Source: Folioceros fuciformis
Lineage: Eukaryota
NCBI GenBank assembly: GCA_049999805.1
Contig: JBNGIO010005968.1
Span: 54,297 to 112,641 of the forward strand
Reading direction: 5' to 3'
DNA length: 58,345 nt
Both the position numbers and the translations under genes were made by a program. Each line of letters starts with the position of its first letter. The stretch's first letter is position 1. The notes under the pieces are model-generated. The model was not told the origin of the DNA and searched no databases. It saw nothing but the letters and a program-made list of their open reading frames with translations. Shown piece after piece: positions 1-11,635 of this stretch.

Positions 1-2
1 GG

Positions 3-539
3 GCGAGCGAGCACTCCCGGCAGCCCGAGACGACGGTGATCGTGGGGACGTTCGGGTACCTGGCCCCGGAGTCGACGCACACGGGGAAGGCCACAGACAA
101 GACGGACGTGTTCAGCTTCGGGGCGGTGGCGCTGGAGGTGGCGTGTGGGAGGAGGCCTGTGGAGAGGGAGTATCCTGTGGCGGAGGTGGTGCTGGTGGAT
201 TGGGTTTGGGCGCTCAACAAGCAGGGCAGGCTGCTGGAGGCGGCGGACGCCAGGCTGCAGGGGAGCTTTGATCCTGTGGAGATGACGACGCTGTTGCAGG
301 TGGGACTGGCCTGCTCGCACCCTGACCCGGTGCAAAGGCCGTCCATGCGCCAGGTGGTGCAGGTGCTGGCCGGGGACTCTGCGCTGCCGTCGCTGCCCAG
401 CTCCAAGCCCACGCCGCAGTACTCTGCGGTGCTGCACCCCCCCGTCACCATGCAGGACATCATAGCCCAGCTCGACTTCTCGCAGTCCGCTTCCATGTCC
501 AGTTCCTTCTCCGGAAACGCTCCTCCTCCGGAGGACTGA
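3..539 (+). CDS. L-type lectin receptor-like kinase, C-terminal kinase part (5' end lies outside the window)
   Basis: GTFGYLAPE, KATDKTDVFSFG, LEVACGRRP and GLACSHPDPVQRPSMRQV are LecRK-type subdomains VIII-XI; TGA at 537-539. Confidence 0.88.
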   Translation, partial: ASEHSRQPETTVIVGTFGYLAPESTHTGKATDKTDVFSFGAVALEVACGRRPVEREYPVAEVVLVDWVWALNKQGRLLEAADARLQGSFDPVEMTTLLQVGLACSHPDPVQRPSMRQVVQVLAGDSALPSLPSSKPTPQYSAVLHPPVTMQDIIAQLDFSQSASMSSSFSGNAPPPED

Positions 540-1231
540 CGCGCGCTCTCACTCCTGCATCTTTGAGAGAGAAAGCGTGCAAGCTTCCAGAGGTCGCCAC
601 CTGCTGCATGCTTCCACCCTTGCTGTACAGATTTCGGTGAGTTGCTCTTGTCCTTCAAATTTCAGTTTTTGCGAAAGCTCCGCTCCTTCATGCTTGTTTG
701 TAGCGCATGCTTCTGCTGGAGTGATTTGGTTCGATTGATGGTTTCGCTCGCTCTCGCCCGGTTTCGTTGGTAGCTCATGCTGGTTTTCTCTGCTGCTTTC
801 AGGCCCTCCGAGAGGTCCACCACCATGCAGAAAAATTATTGGTACCGAATTGAATTAGGAGTCCTGTCCCTTCCCGGAGGAACGTTTTGGACGATACTGC
901 CTGGTTTGCATCAGACAGGGCAGGGCTCAGAACTATTTTTGTAGCAACAGGACATTGTTGTTGTACGTATATCAGAGATTTCTAAGAGCTTACACAGTAT
1001 TGTTAGCCTATCCTACCTATAGTCTNNNNNNNNNNNNNNNNNNNNNNNNNNNNNNNNNNNNNNNNNNNNNNNNNNNNNNNNNNNNNNNNNNNNNNNNNNN
1101 NNNNNNNNNNNNNNNNNNNNNNNNNAGCTTACACAGTATTGTTAGCCTATCCTACCTATAGTCTAGGCTGAGAGCGTCTTTTGGATAATCCTCCTCCGCT
1201 ACCTCCTGTTGGCTTTGAAGGACGAAGCACA

Positions 1232-3376
1232 TCAGATGAGGACGTTTTCGAAGACCTCCACACTCTTGTCTCCGCCGAGGCCGCGTATTTTTGGTGACAC
1301 GTTCATAACCACGTCAGGACTGTAGCCATCTGCGGGACCTTCACGGATGAGGTCTGCGATGGTCTCTCCAGACACGGGAACGTCGCCTGCCTCTGATTTG
1401 AAGGTTGGAACGGTGGGAAGTGTTGTCTCGCCGGATAAAATCTCCCCAACTAGTTTCATGGATGGCCGGCAGGAAGGGTCGGACTGAGTGCACAACAAGC
1501 CCAGGTGCAGCAGGATGGTCATTTCTTGAACATCGTAGGTGCCCTTGAGTCGAGGGTCTGCTGCTTCCAGGACGGAGCCTTTGAGATGCATTCCCCACAC
1601 CCAGTCTACTAAGACTGCTTTGTCTGCTGGCGCTGACATTTCCAAAACGCGACGCCCACAAGCCACCTCCAGAGTTAGTGCCCCAAAGCTGTAAACATCA
1701 GTCTTGTCGGAAGCCTTTCCGGTCTGAATGATCTCTGGTGCCAGATATCCGAACGTGCCGGCAACAACGGTGTTCTGCCTGTTATTGTAGTACCTTATCA
1801 TTTGGGCAATGCCGAAGTCACCCAGCCTCGACGTGAAAGTGTTGTCCAACATCACGTTACTGGCTTTGATATCACGATGCACCACCATCTGTGTCGTCCA
1901 CACAAGAGGGAAACTCAGGACACTGCTCACTGCAAACAATATTATCCAACTTCAAAGGCTCCTCCCCTTCCATGGGCTTTTACTTACCTCCTCATGCAGA
2001 TGTTCCAAACCTGCAGCCACTCCTGAGACGATCTTGAAGCGGTGAATCCAGGTCAAGACGTCCCCTTTGCGATCGAACAGAACCTTATCCAGGCTGCCAT
2101 TCGGCATGAACTCGTACACGAGCAGAAGCTCTCCTTTATCGTAGCACCATCCTTGCAACTGAACCAGATTTCGATGTCGCACCTGACCCAGAAAATCCAC
2201 TTGCGCTAGGACTTCCCTCTGTCCTAAATTACACACCTCCCGGATTCGTTTCACTGCAACAAGATAGCCACAGTCTGGCAATACCCCTCGATACACATTG
2301 CCCATTCCGCCGTACCCAACCTTTTCCTTGTCACTGAAAGCCGTCGTTGCTTTGCTCAACTCCTTGTAGCTGAATCTTCGGGGACCATACAACACTTCTC
2401 GCTCGTACAGCTCTGCTCTTCTGAAGAGGGAAATCGCCTTTTGCTTTTGCCGCAGCCAGACGACTGAAATACAAGCCAACCCGGAAACAACCACCAAGAT
2501 AGAAAATCCGGCCACAAAGCTCGTTCGTATGATGCCAGGGGAAGAGGAGGGAGCTGCTTCTATGCCCCAGCTTGCGAAGTTCCAGGAAGATATAATGTGG
2601 CGAGCACCCGAGTTGATGTCGGACGCCGAAAATCCTACAAACATGGAAGGATTGAACACACTCGAGAGTTCAAGCATGCAGGAAAGCATCGCATTGGTGG
2701 GCTTCTCAGCTGCATCATATCCCAATCGAATCTCTAAGTGACTGCTGCTACCATCGTAGTCAATCCATGCCGTAATCACGGAGCCATTGCGGAAGCTGAT
2801 AGAAGCATCACCCAAGTCTTTGGAGAACAAGGAAGAGATATTGGTCACAGTCACCCCAACATGGTTGTCGTCCACACCTGCTGTAGTGTAAGTGTCAAAA
2901 ATCACAGCAAGTGTGTGGCTCGATGAGACCACATCCGAAATGCTGTACACTCCTAGCTGAGCTCCCGAGTCCCCCAAACTGTCATTATCGGGAACGAAGA
3001 TAAGGGCCAAACCTTCCCGGAATATAGTAGCATTGGGGGGGAACAACATGGCAAAGTTAAATACTGTACTGAAGGAAGCTGTCTGATTTGAAGCTAGGTC
3101 GAGTAACTGCACCGAATTTCTGTACAGAGCCCGGCCAGTGCTAAGTGCGGCCCTACCCTGGTCTGTTAGCTCTATTACCCCATTCACAATGGTTGCATTC
3201 CCAAGGCATATTACGTCAGGTGCCCCATCACGGAATGAAGGAAACGAAAATTGAGTGGAACGGCCCCAAACACTGGGCCATTTTATAACTATGCTGACAA
3301 AAAGACACAGGGCCCAGAGCCACACACGATGCATTGAATATGAACCTCCTATTGATGGAATACGGCCGTTAGTCAT
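1232..3376 (-). CDS. L-type lectin receptor-like kinase; predicted exons 1988..3376 and 1232..1888
   Basis: Signal peptide, legume lectin domain (TGRALY, ASFSTVFNF, AWIDYDG, MFVGFSAS), TM helix, GPRRFSYKEL, HRDIKASN, GDFG, GTFGYLAPE. GTAAGT donor after LHEE; acceptor choice and start ATG (3376 or the MHRVW ATG) are less certain. Confidence 0.9.
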
Positions 3377-3601
3377 GGCTCCGACAAAAGACCATCCTCC
3401 GCTCAATCAAGCGAGATTGAAGGATTGAACAAGCACCCGGGTGACAGGAGGAGGGGATGGATCACCTCATGAGTATACCTGAGAGTACTAGTATTCAAGC
3501 ACGGATCAGAGGGAAAGAAAAAAAAAAAAAAAGGCTCTACGACTACTTGGACATGTAGCTCAGAAAGTTTGATAGATATGAAGGAGATGACCAGACTTCG
3601 A

Positions 3602-4828
3602 TCAAGGATCCCATGGAAGTGGACTATAAAAAGCCCTACCGCAATAGGCAAATATCTCTGCTAGCTCAGGGCAGCCATCCGGATATGGGACCTTCCTCGC
3701 AAAAGGGTCACGACTTGATCGTTTCCCACTCAAAGGATATGCACAGCCATAGGGGTCACCTCGAAATAAAGTTAAGACATTGGATTCTCCTACCGCAGCG
3801 GCTTTAGCTGCGGATGGTGCTGCAGGTGTACCGACGAAAAAGAAACGATGCCGAGGAAACCTTATAGCCTCTCGATGCAGATCCGTAAATCTCTCCGATT
3901 TGAAATCATAGCTGACCACCTGAGAGCAGCATCAAGCAAGAGTGAGGACATACGTTTCCAAGCAAATGCCATCCCCCACGAGCACACAAGCACATTGACA
4001 AAACGAACCGTAATGTTGTGCGGGTACGAGCCAGTCAGCTCTTTGAAGCGGCAAATGCTGAACAGGAGATTCTCGAAACTGTCTCTCGCATGTTCTTCAG
4101 TCAGTGCTCTATCTCGCACATCCCCAGTTGCCTCTGCCAAAACCCAACATAAACGGACTTAGACGTAGTGCTGCGCAGGACACACGAGACAACCAGGCGG
4201 CAACCAGCGAGACAAAGCTTTGTTGCTTACCAAACCAGTTCTTCGACTCAGCTACGTTCCAGTAGCTCTGAGCTTCACTACGGGGTCCTGCATCCTTCCT
4301 GGTTTCCCCTCCACTGAACAACAACAAGGCTTTGGGATCTTCAGTCGCAATCTCTACTCCAGCCTTAATGTGCGACACGAAGGTAGATGCCTGGCCTTGA
4401 TGCTTCTGATAGGGTTCCAGGAACCAGGAGTTTTCCGCCTCGGCTTCTTCGCAATGCGAGCCAGTGTAGACAGCATGCCCTGCAACCATTACAAGGTTTC
4501 GAAGGCTCTTATATGGAGAAGACTGGAGTGCATTCAACGGTGCTCGCGGTTCCGAACCCTCAATGCCCGTATATCTTCGGGAGCTCACGACAATAGAAAA
4601 CAAGAAGAAACCCAGTACAAGGCCTACGCAGCTGAGGACACCAGGATGGAGCTTATAGTGGTGCCTCAGGCGCACTCTCAGAAACTGGATCATCCTTGCC
4701 AGGGGTTGTCGACCCTTCCGTGGGCGCTTCTGTCCAACCTCTAGGTCAGCCTCCAGACCCTCGTCTGAATCCCACTCATTACTCAGGAAGGTCGACTTCG
4801 CCAGTCCCCACCAATTCTTCTGAACCAT
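3602..4828 (-). CDS. DUF218-like Rossmann-fold membrane-anchored protein (yeast YOR238W-like); exons 4231..4828, 4009..4133, 3602..3919
   Basis: [70 protein letters not shown] introns keep the frame; N-terminal TM segment. Confidence 0.85.
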
Positions 4829-6990
4829 CACTTCCCCCAAGCCTCACTGGGAAGCATGCCCAATTGAAGGTCGGAACCCAGCAAAGGTGTCACACTACCA
4901 GACCACTGGCAAAGACGCGACGCTGACATCCTAATGCCACAAGCAGATACCTCAGTCTCCGAGCAGCTAGGGTGGACATACTCTTTGAACTGCAAACCAA
5001 TCCCAGGTCCCGAGGCCTTTGTCTGCAGATGCATCAGAGTCCTGAGCTGCACCCTCCCCTGAAGCCCCGTTTCCTCATACCTCCAACAAAACGTGGGAGA
5101 AACCCACGCTACAAACAACCCGGAGGAAACTCAGTTCCTCGATAGCGGGAACGAAAAAAACAATACCTAACTTGAAAGACGACTCACGACTCAAGACCCG
5201 TGCACGACTCGAAGAGCCCCGATGCGCGAGACTCACTCAAGCAGGCAGGGCTCACGCGTGCCACCCTTAAAGCAGCCACGCCCGCCGCGCCTTGTCCGAG
5301 CAATAGTGACTCAAGGAAGAAAGAAAGCAACGACTGAACCTGTCCACAACGTTTCTAGCAGGAGTCTCTTCTAGCTAGAAAGGGCGGGAAGTCACAACGA
5401 TCTTCCACACACATTCCAATGATCAATCTTCGTATCCGGAATCGCAGTCTGACAGGTTGCACCCCAGAAAGGCAGGCACTAGAATTCGACATTGCTTGAG
5501 GAAGACGATGCGTAATTGCCCCACACAATGCCAACAATGCGGGCGTAAACAGAAGAGGAGCAGACAGGAAGCGCTGTACCTGGCCTAGCTCGCTCCCGCC
5601 GGGCAACGAATCGAGGAGTATCTCAGCTAATGAGAGCGGCCAGGCCCTGCTGGGCAATGGCAAGGTGGACAGAGGAGCCCCCCAGCATTCGAATTCTCGG
5701 AGCGAGCAAGACAGCAATGGCAGGGAAAGGAGAGGAGCGGACGAGCCTCATCTCGGGTGGCAGAATGTTTCAATCAGAGAGGGGCAGCGCAAAGAGCGCG
5801 GGATACAGCACACAAGAGCACGACGCCCATCATGCAACTGGGCACATGGTCGGAGAGAGAGAAGTCTTGTCAGATCGCTACGGAGTTGTGCTTCACCAGG
5901 CGGCTCGGTAGTCCGAGAAAGATCCGCCAGAATTGAGCAGTTCACCAACTCTGGAACCAGCCAAACCGCTAACTCCACCGGCTAATCATGCTGCACTGTG
6001 GTCCTGGCAAAGAGGTAGCTGCCGCAGACAGCGGTACTGAGTTCCTGGCGGGAGGACATCAACGTCCCACTTGATAACTCGGGAAAACAAGTTGGCACGA
6101 ACGAAATGACGCGTTGTTGCGATGAGGAAGGCAAGAGAAAGACTTGAAAATTCCAGCCTGCTGCCCGCTAACATGCCATCCAGCATGGGACCGTCAGCAA
6201 GTCAGGCTTCGGACAGCAAGCTGGTGTGCATGCGCGTACAACCCACAGGCCTTGATCAGACGCTTTCGGCCTTATTCGCGGCAGACACGCGCCAGGCTTG
6301 GCGGCAAAAAGCTCGTACCCAATGCAGCATTCTATGCGGCCCNNNNNNNNNNNNNNNNNNNNNNNNNNNNNNNNNNNNNNNNNNNNNNNNNNNNNNNNNN
6401 NNNNNNNNNNNNNNNNNNNNNNNNNNNNNNNNNNNNNNNNNNGGCCCGTGATGCGGCGAGCATGCCATTCGTCCCTGAAACAGCGACAGCTCTGCGCCCC
6501 ACTGCGACAGAAAGCCTGGAACGGGCCGCATGTGAGGGCCATTAAGCAGGCGACACGCCGCTTGACCACATTCCTAAGTTTGGCTCTTCGGCGCTCACAA
6601 CTCCGTCTCTGGAACTGTGACTTGTCTTCTCTTGGGGACTGCGAGGCGTGCGAGGGATGACATTTGCATGACACCTCGTGCCAGCAGAGTACAGGGAACG
6701 GGTAGAACCCATGATGTGCTTGCTTGATTGTAAGAGTCGCCTCTAGTCCAGTCAAACACTCGAAGCGGGAACAGGATGCAGTACAAAGTGCGACACTTAG
6801 ACCTCGGTTGAAAATTCAGCAACCTACGTCGGTCGGTACACAGGACAAGCGCCAGCATCAGCCGGACTGCTCGTGGCAGAGCCACCCTGCAGTCCCACTA
6901 AACTGGCCGTGACATTGAAAGAATGGGCAGGAAACGGCACAGGGATCGTGAAAGTGAAAGCTATGTACCTCCTGTGAGTGTCCTTCTTTT

Positions 6991-8144
6991 CTATGGCCTG
7001 AGTGGCACTGGCAGTGCTGGCAGGCAGAAGATCTCGCTCTCCTCGGGAAAACGATCCACCAGAAGAATATCCCGGTGATCATCAAGTTCGTCTATGAATC
7101 CGAACCAATAGATGACCATCCCAGGTCCAAAACGGTTCACATAGCTGCCAAGCGACAACTTGTCAGGCACTGCCTGCTTTACAGTAGGAAGGACTATAGG
7201 ACGTTGGAGTAGGCATACCTTTGGAACTGGACTATACCCTGCCCTCTGTGATTGTACTCATCCCCGAAGGAGGCCTTGCTGTCTATCCAGTTCACAGTGC
7301 GCCCATTCACGCCGATCGGGACCTCCAACTTCACATCCGGCGTCTTGCTGAAACCAGCTACTCGAAGCGCTTCCTCTGACTGGAAAGGGATACCGAGCCC
7401 TTGAAGCTGTTCATACAGCAGAGTCTCATATCTGCAAAACATAACACCTAGGTCTACGTCAGCCCTACCAACAGGTCAGAAACAACCCCTGAGCCCGCCA
7501 TCTATCTTCTCAACCCAGCGGCAATGTGCAGCTTTCCGAACATGGCTCTGAAGCACGAGGGTCACACAACTTACTCCAGCCCAGTTACTCGTCGAATCAT
7601 CTCAACAGAAGGAGAGCTAACAAAATCAGCGTCAATGCAGCGGTATAAATCCTTGCGAAGCCTAGCCAGGGAAACGTGAGCCGTTTGCTGTCCGTGAACT
7701 TTGACAGGAACTTGCAACTCTGGTAACTGAGTAGGATCCTTCAAGCAAGCACTGACCTGCTGCTTGCTCATGCCAACCATGTTCTCCAGCAATATCCTCG
7801 CCAGCACACAAGGCGGCATGTCATAGCCCTCGCATATCTCCAATACATCCTCACCACACGCATACCTGCACACACACCGTCAGCGATTACGGCGCAAACG
7901 GCGAGACAGCATGACAAAAGGGCAGGCAAGGAAAACCTTCATACCTGGAAATGTACTGCTGGACATTCTGAACCAACCGGAACTTGTAGTGCTGCGCTCT
8001 CAGACGACGGGAGTTCTCTTGAGCATAGATGGCAACAACAGTGTCGAACTCCACATCCGGATGCGACCTTCCAGCAGCTTCAAGCACATGGGGGCCTTTA
8101 TCGAGCAGAGCCTGTCGGAGCTGTTCATACAACGCCGCCTTCAT
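6991..8144 (-). CDS. CDIN1: CDAN1-interacting nuclease 1 (C15orf41/TPD-domain) homolog; exons 7945..8144, 7575..7865, 7219..7431, 6991..7144
   Basis: Spliced product reads GLEYE...KTPDV...[12 protein letters not shown]...[24 protein letters not shown], the PD-(D/E)XK signature of this family; TAG at 6991-6993. Confidence 0.88.
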
Positions 8145-8445
8145 CCTCTCGGTAACAAGCGGGGTCCACGCTCAAACGAATTTCGTCACCATGACATATA
8201 GCCGGCTACCAGATTCCTCCATAATCCACAACCGGACACCCTCGCCCTAGCTCATTGCAGTTTGCTCAGATCGCCTCGCGCCGCTTCTAGCTCCGCGACC
8301 ACATCTTCCGTGTGCGAGGATACCTAATTTGCAGCCGGAACGGGGACACGACATTGTGCAGAAGCCACGGTGGAACCCGGAATGCAGCTGCCGGCAAGAC
8401 GCTTTAAGTAGAGAAGCGGAGAAAGCTGCGTACCTGTTGCTCGTC

Positions 8446-9588
8446 ATGGCTGCGGGAAGGCTCTCCTCCTGGCCGCTCTTGTTCTTGGCGTTGTTCTTTG
8501 GCACGGTAGTATATGGCAGCAACAACAACGTGAAGGCGGTGCACAGCTTCACGTCACCGCAGCTCTTTCCCGAGAGCTTCGACTGGGATGCAGAGCACAA
8601 CAGGTTTCTCTTAGGTTCCGCAACCACGGGATGCCTCACTGCCGTCTCCGGAGACGCCGATACCCAGGTGGAGACGTTTGTGTGCGACGAGGACTACGCA
8701 GGTAAGTTCGCTGTGCTGGGAGTGAAGGTGGATTCCAAGCGGAAGCGTGTAGTGGCTGTAGTGAACAACATGAACCCGCAGAGTCCGCCTTTCCACGCGG
8801 TGGTAGCCTACGATCTGGACTCGAAGGAGCGGAGACTCTTCACCCCGCTGCACACTGTGGGCTTTGCTGAAGGGGAGGAATCTGTGGCAAACGATGTGGC
8901 AGTGGATGACGACGGTAACCTCTACGTGACCAACACCAGGGCCAATTTCATCTGGAAGGTGGACACGGACTCTAATGCCTCCGTGTACGTCGGACCAGCT
9001 GTCTTCGCCTCACAGCCTATCATTGTGGAAGGGCCAGTCGCAACCTTGGGCCTCAACGGCATCGTCTACCATCACCACGGCTTCCTCCTCGTGCTGCAGT
9101 CCAACACGGGCTCTCTCTTCAAAGTCGTGCTGAGCGACCAGCACACCTCAAGGCTGCCTATTGACAAACCTCTGCCTGCCGGAGACGGCATCAGGTTTCG
9201 GGAGGACGGCCTACTGGTTGTGGTGTCCGTACACACTGCATGGCTGCTTGCCACCCAGACGGACTGGGCATCTGCATCTGTGGTGGACATGGTCCAACTC
9301 AATGTATCCAGCTTCACCACCAGCGCGGCCATACGCGAGAGCCGCACCTTCTTGTTGCAGAGTTTTGCAGGCGATATGTTCAGGGGTTTGCCGAGGGATG
9401 AGTTTGCCATTCAGGAGATTGAATTCTCCCATGATCACAACGATCCCACCAGTCTGATCATCACGCTCATTGGAAGCGGTCTGGCCATCCTCGCCTGGAG
9501 GTGGCATATGGGTAACTTTTCCAAGAACTATCAAAAGAGACGAGATGTGAAAATTGACCTCAAAAAACGAGCCAAGAAAACTGATTGA
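8446..9588 (+). CDS. SMP-30/gluconolactonase-like six-bladed beta-propeller (calcium-dependent phosphotriesterase superfamily), intronless, single-pass membrane protein
   Basis: Signal peptide after ATG 8446; LFPESFDWD, ANDVAVDDDGNLYVTN, GLNGIVYH and GDGI repeats; C-terminal TM followed by KKTD-stop. Confidence 0.85.
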   Translation: MAAGRLSSWPLLFLALFFGTVVYGSNNNVKAVHSFTSPQLFPESFDWDAEHNRFLLGSATTGCLTAVSGDADTQVETFVCDEDYAGKFAVLGVKVDSKRKRVVAVVNNMNPQSPPFHAVVAYDLDSKERRLFTPLHTVGFAEGEESVANDVAVDDDGNLYVTNTRANFIWKVDTDSNASVYVGPAVFASQPIIVEGPVATLGLNGIVYHHHGFLLVLQSNTGSLFKVVLSDQHTSRLPIDKPLPAGDGIRFREDGLLVVVSVHTAWLLATQTDWASASVVDMVQLNVSSFTTSAAIRESRTFLLQSFAGDMFRGLPRDEFAIQEIEFSHDHNDPTSLIITLIGSGLAILAWRWHMGNFSKNYQKRRDVKIDLKKRAKKTD

Positions 9589-10154
9589 AAAAGATCCCCC
9601 AAGTTTCGTGCTCTGTTACCTGCGAGGTCCTCTTGTATTTCTGTCTCACAGAGCCAAGGACTTGCCTCATGTAGGTACCCAGTTACCCATCTTTCAGTAC
9701 AGTGTGGTGTAGCTTTAGACACGCACCCTGTGTAGTTTCTCTCTTACGATATGTAACATTATTATGTGATCTTACGTGTTCTCATTCTACGTTCTGCTAT
9801 GGTTTACTTGCTCGAAAGCCTTGGGGTCTTCCCTTGGATGTCACTTACCACCCGGGTTCATTCGGTTGTGTCGTATCACACAAAACAAGACTACGCAAGG
9901 TCTGCTGTATTAGGGCACTACGTAAGGCAGTAAGCCGTAGCCAGGGCTCGCAGGACATTGCCGCAAATGCAAAACGCCTTACGTCCACCCCACCCGTCGG
10001 AAATGTTGACGTGGTCTTCTGTGGAGCATTAATACGCATTAGCATGAAAATGGGTATCGATGTGAAGCACATGCATGAGTGTACGACTTGAGGTGTAAGT
10101 TCCAACAAGCCGAGCTGAAGCTCCGTATTGGGTCCGAGCTGAAGCTCAATTGTA

Positions 10155-11600
10155 ATGCCAGTCTGTCTGGAGAGCTTCTTCTTTGTTCCTCCTGAACAGC
10201 GATCAGCAGGATGTGATTCAGTGGTGAAAGTGCCACAACGGATACTGCTTTCCGGACCTGCTAGCTGGTACTGCCGTCCCATAGATTGTGTTTTAAGTTC
10301 TCTGCAGCCGTAGAAGCCGTGCTTACGAAATGTCGCGTGGTGAATGGGCATGGATTGCAGTGGCAAGACGTCCCTTCTTCTGCAGTTTGCCTACAACACT
10401 GCTGTGGAGAAGACATCTACTGTGATTTTCATCTGTAATCGGAAGCAGTTGGAGTCTGACCCGCCAGTTGTTTCCCAGGTTGTGTTGAAGCACGTGTTGG
10501 GTGATTCATGCTGCGTGGTTCAATTTCACAGTCATTTTGCATTTCAAGTTTACAGTTTGTTGGGTTCCATTTTGGATCAGTTCATGAGTATGAAAATACC
10601 AGCCCAGTCACCAACTTAAGCTTATTGAGACCGACAGACACAATTCTCGGCTGCAGGGAGTGGACCCGACGTCTAATGTTTTTGAGAGGATCCACTTTAA
10701 GTAAGTGAGCAGTCACTCCAACATAGGAATGGATTGTGCTTCTGCTGATTTTGAAAATGTAGGATCTTGCTCAAACCAAAATTGTCCTTCACTTGCAGAT
10801 ATGTGGATGACGAGGATGAGCTTTGCAAGTATTTCGCAGCATTTCACCTGCAGAGCATTCTGCCCCAGGCAGTAATCATCGACAATGTCTGTGACCTCGT
10901 CTTGGACAGGTGTATAAGTACGGGTGACGTTGGTGTTGCGTTGGTGTTCAGATGCAAGTTTCTCAAGTGTGTTCCTTACATAGAACCTGTTTTCAGGAAG
11001 GCTGACCAAAAGAAGGTCCAGGAAACAGCGGTGGTTAAAATTTTAGCTCTGTGCTGTAATGCCATCGATCATGCCAAGTAAGATAACCGGTTGGAATGAA
11101 TTCAGTTGCCGTTCAGACATAACCAAGTTGTGAGGTGGCCGGTTACTGTGCAGCCAGTGCTTGGTGTACAGAGGGTGTTGATTACTACTGCAAGTGCTGT
11201 TCTACCTTGTTGGCATACCTAGGTTATGTTTGATGGTACACATCTTGCCTGTGCAGTCAGCAGTTGCCTCCGACCAAGAAATGCCATCTCGTAGTTTCCG
11301 ACAGTCATACTGGTGGGACACGGTATTTGTATCTGCTGCGAAGATGGCTTTCCGTCCAGTGCAATGTCAAGCGTGAGTTCTTTTTCATGTAGGAGCTCAA
11401 ATCACCCTTTGAATGTTTTGTGGGGCAGGAGAAGTAGTCTGAAAAGTTGTTGCTCTGTTTCAGCTTTGGGACGAACAAAGTTTGCTTGTTCAATCTTGAG
11501 CGATCGAGGTATCAGGATGAGCTCAGAGGTCGCAACGTACACCAAGTTGGATGACTTTCTGAAGTTTGATGGACTGCATCGATCATCGTCATCCAGCTAA
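10155..11600 (+). CDS. SWSAP1-like RecA/RAD51-paralog P-loop ATPase; exons 10155..10267, 10361..10478, 10657..10700, 10799..10909, 10997..11077, 11257..11371, 11464..11600
   Basis: Splicing rebuilds the Walker A region LLSGPASCGKTSLLLQFA, then VIFIC, ERIHFKYV, KYFAAFHL, Walker B AVIIDN and LVVSDSH...RRWL; all introns GT-AG and in frame. Confidence 0.8.
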
Positions 11601-11635
11601 GCCAAGCTACTAGCAGCCGCCATTGAGTTGCAACC

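Noticed and set aside
987-1164. 39-bp direct repeat flanking the N gap (similar echoes flank gaps near 17091, 19734 and 30230)
   Set aside because: Identical sequence on both sides of a gap indicates unmerged contig overlap, not a target-site duplication.
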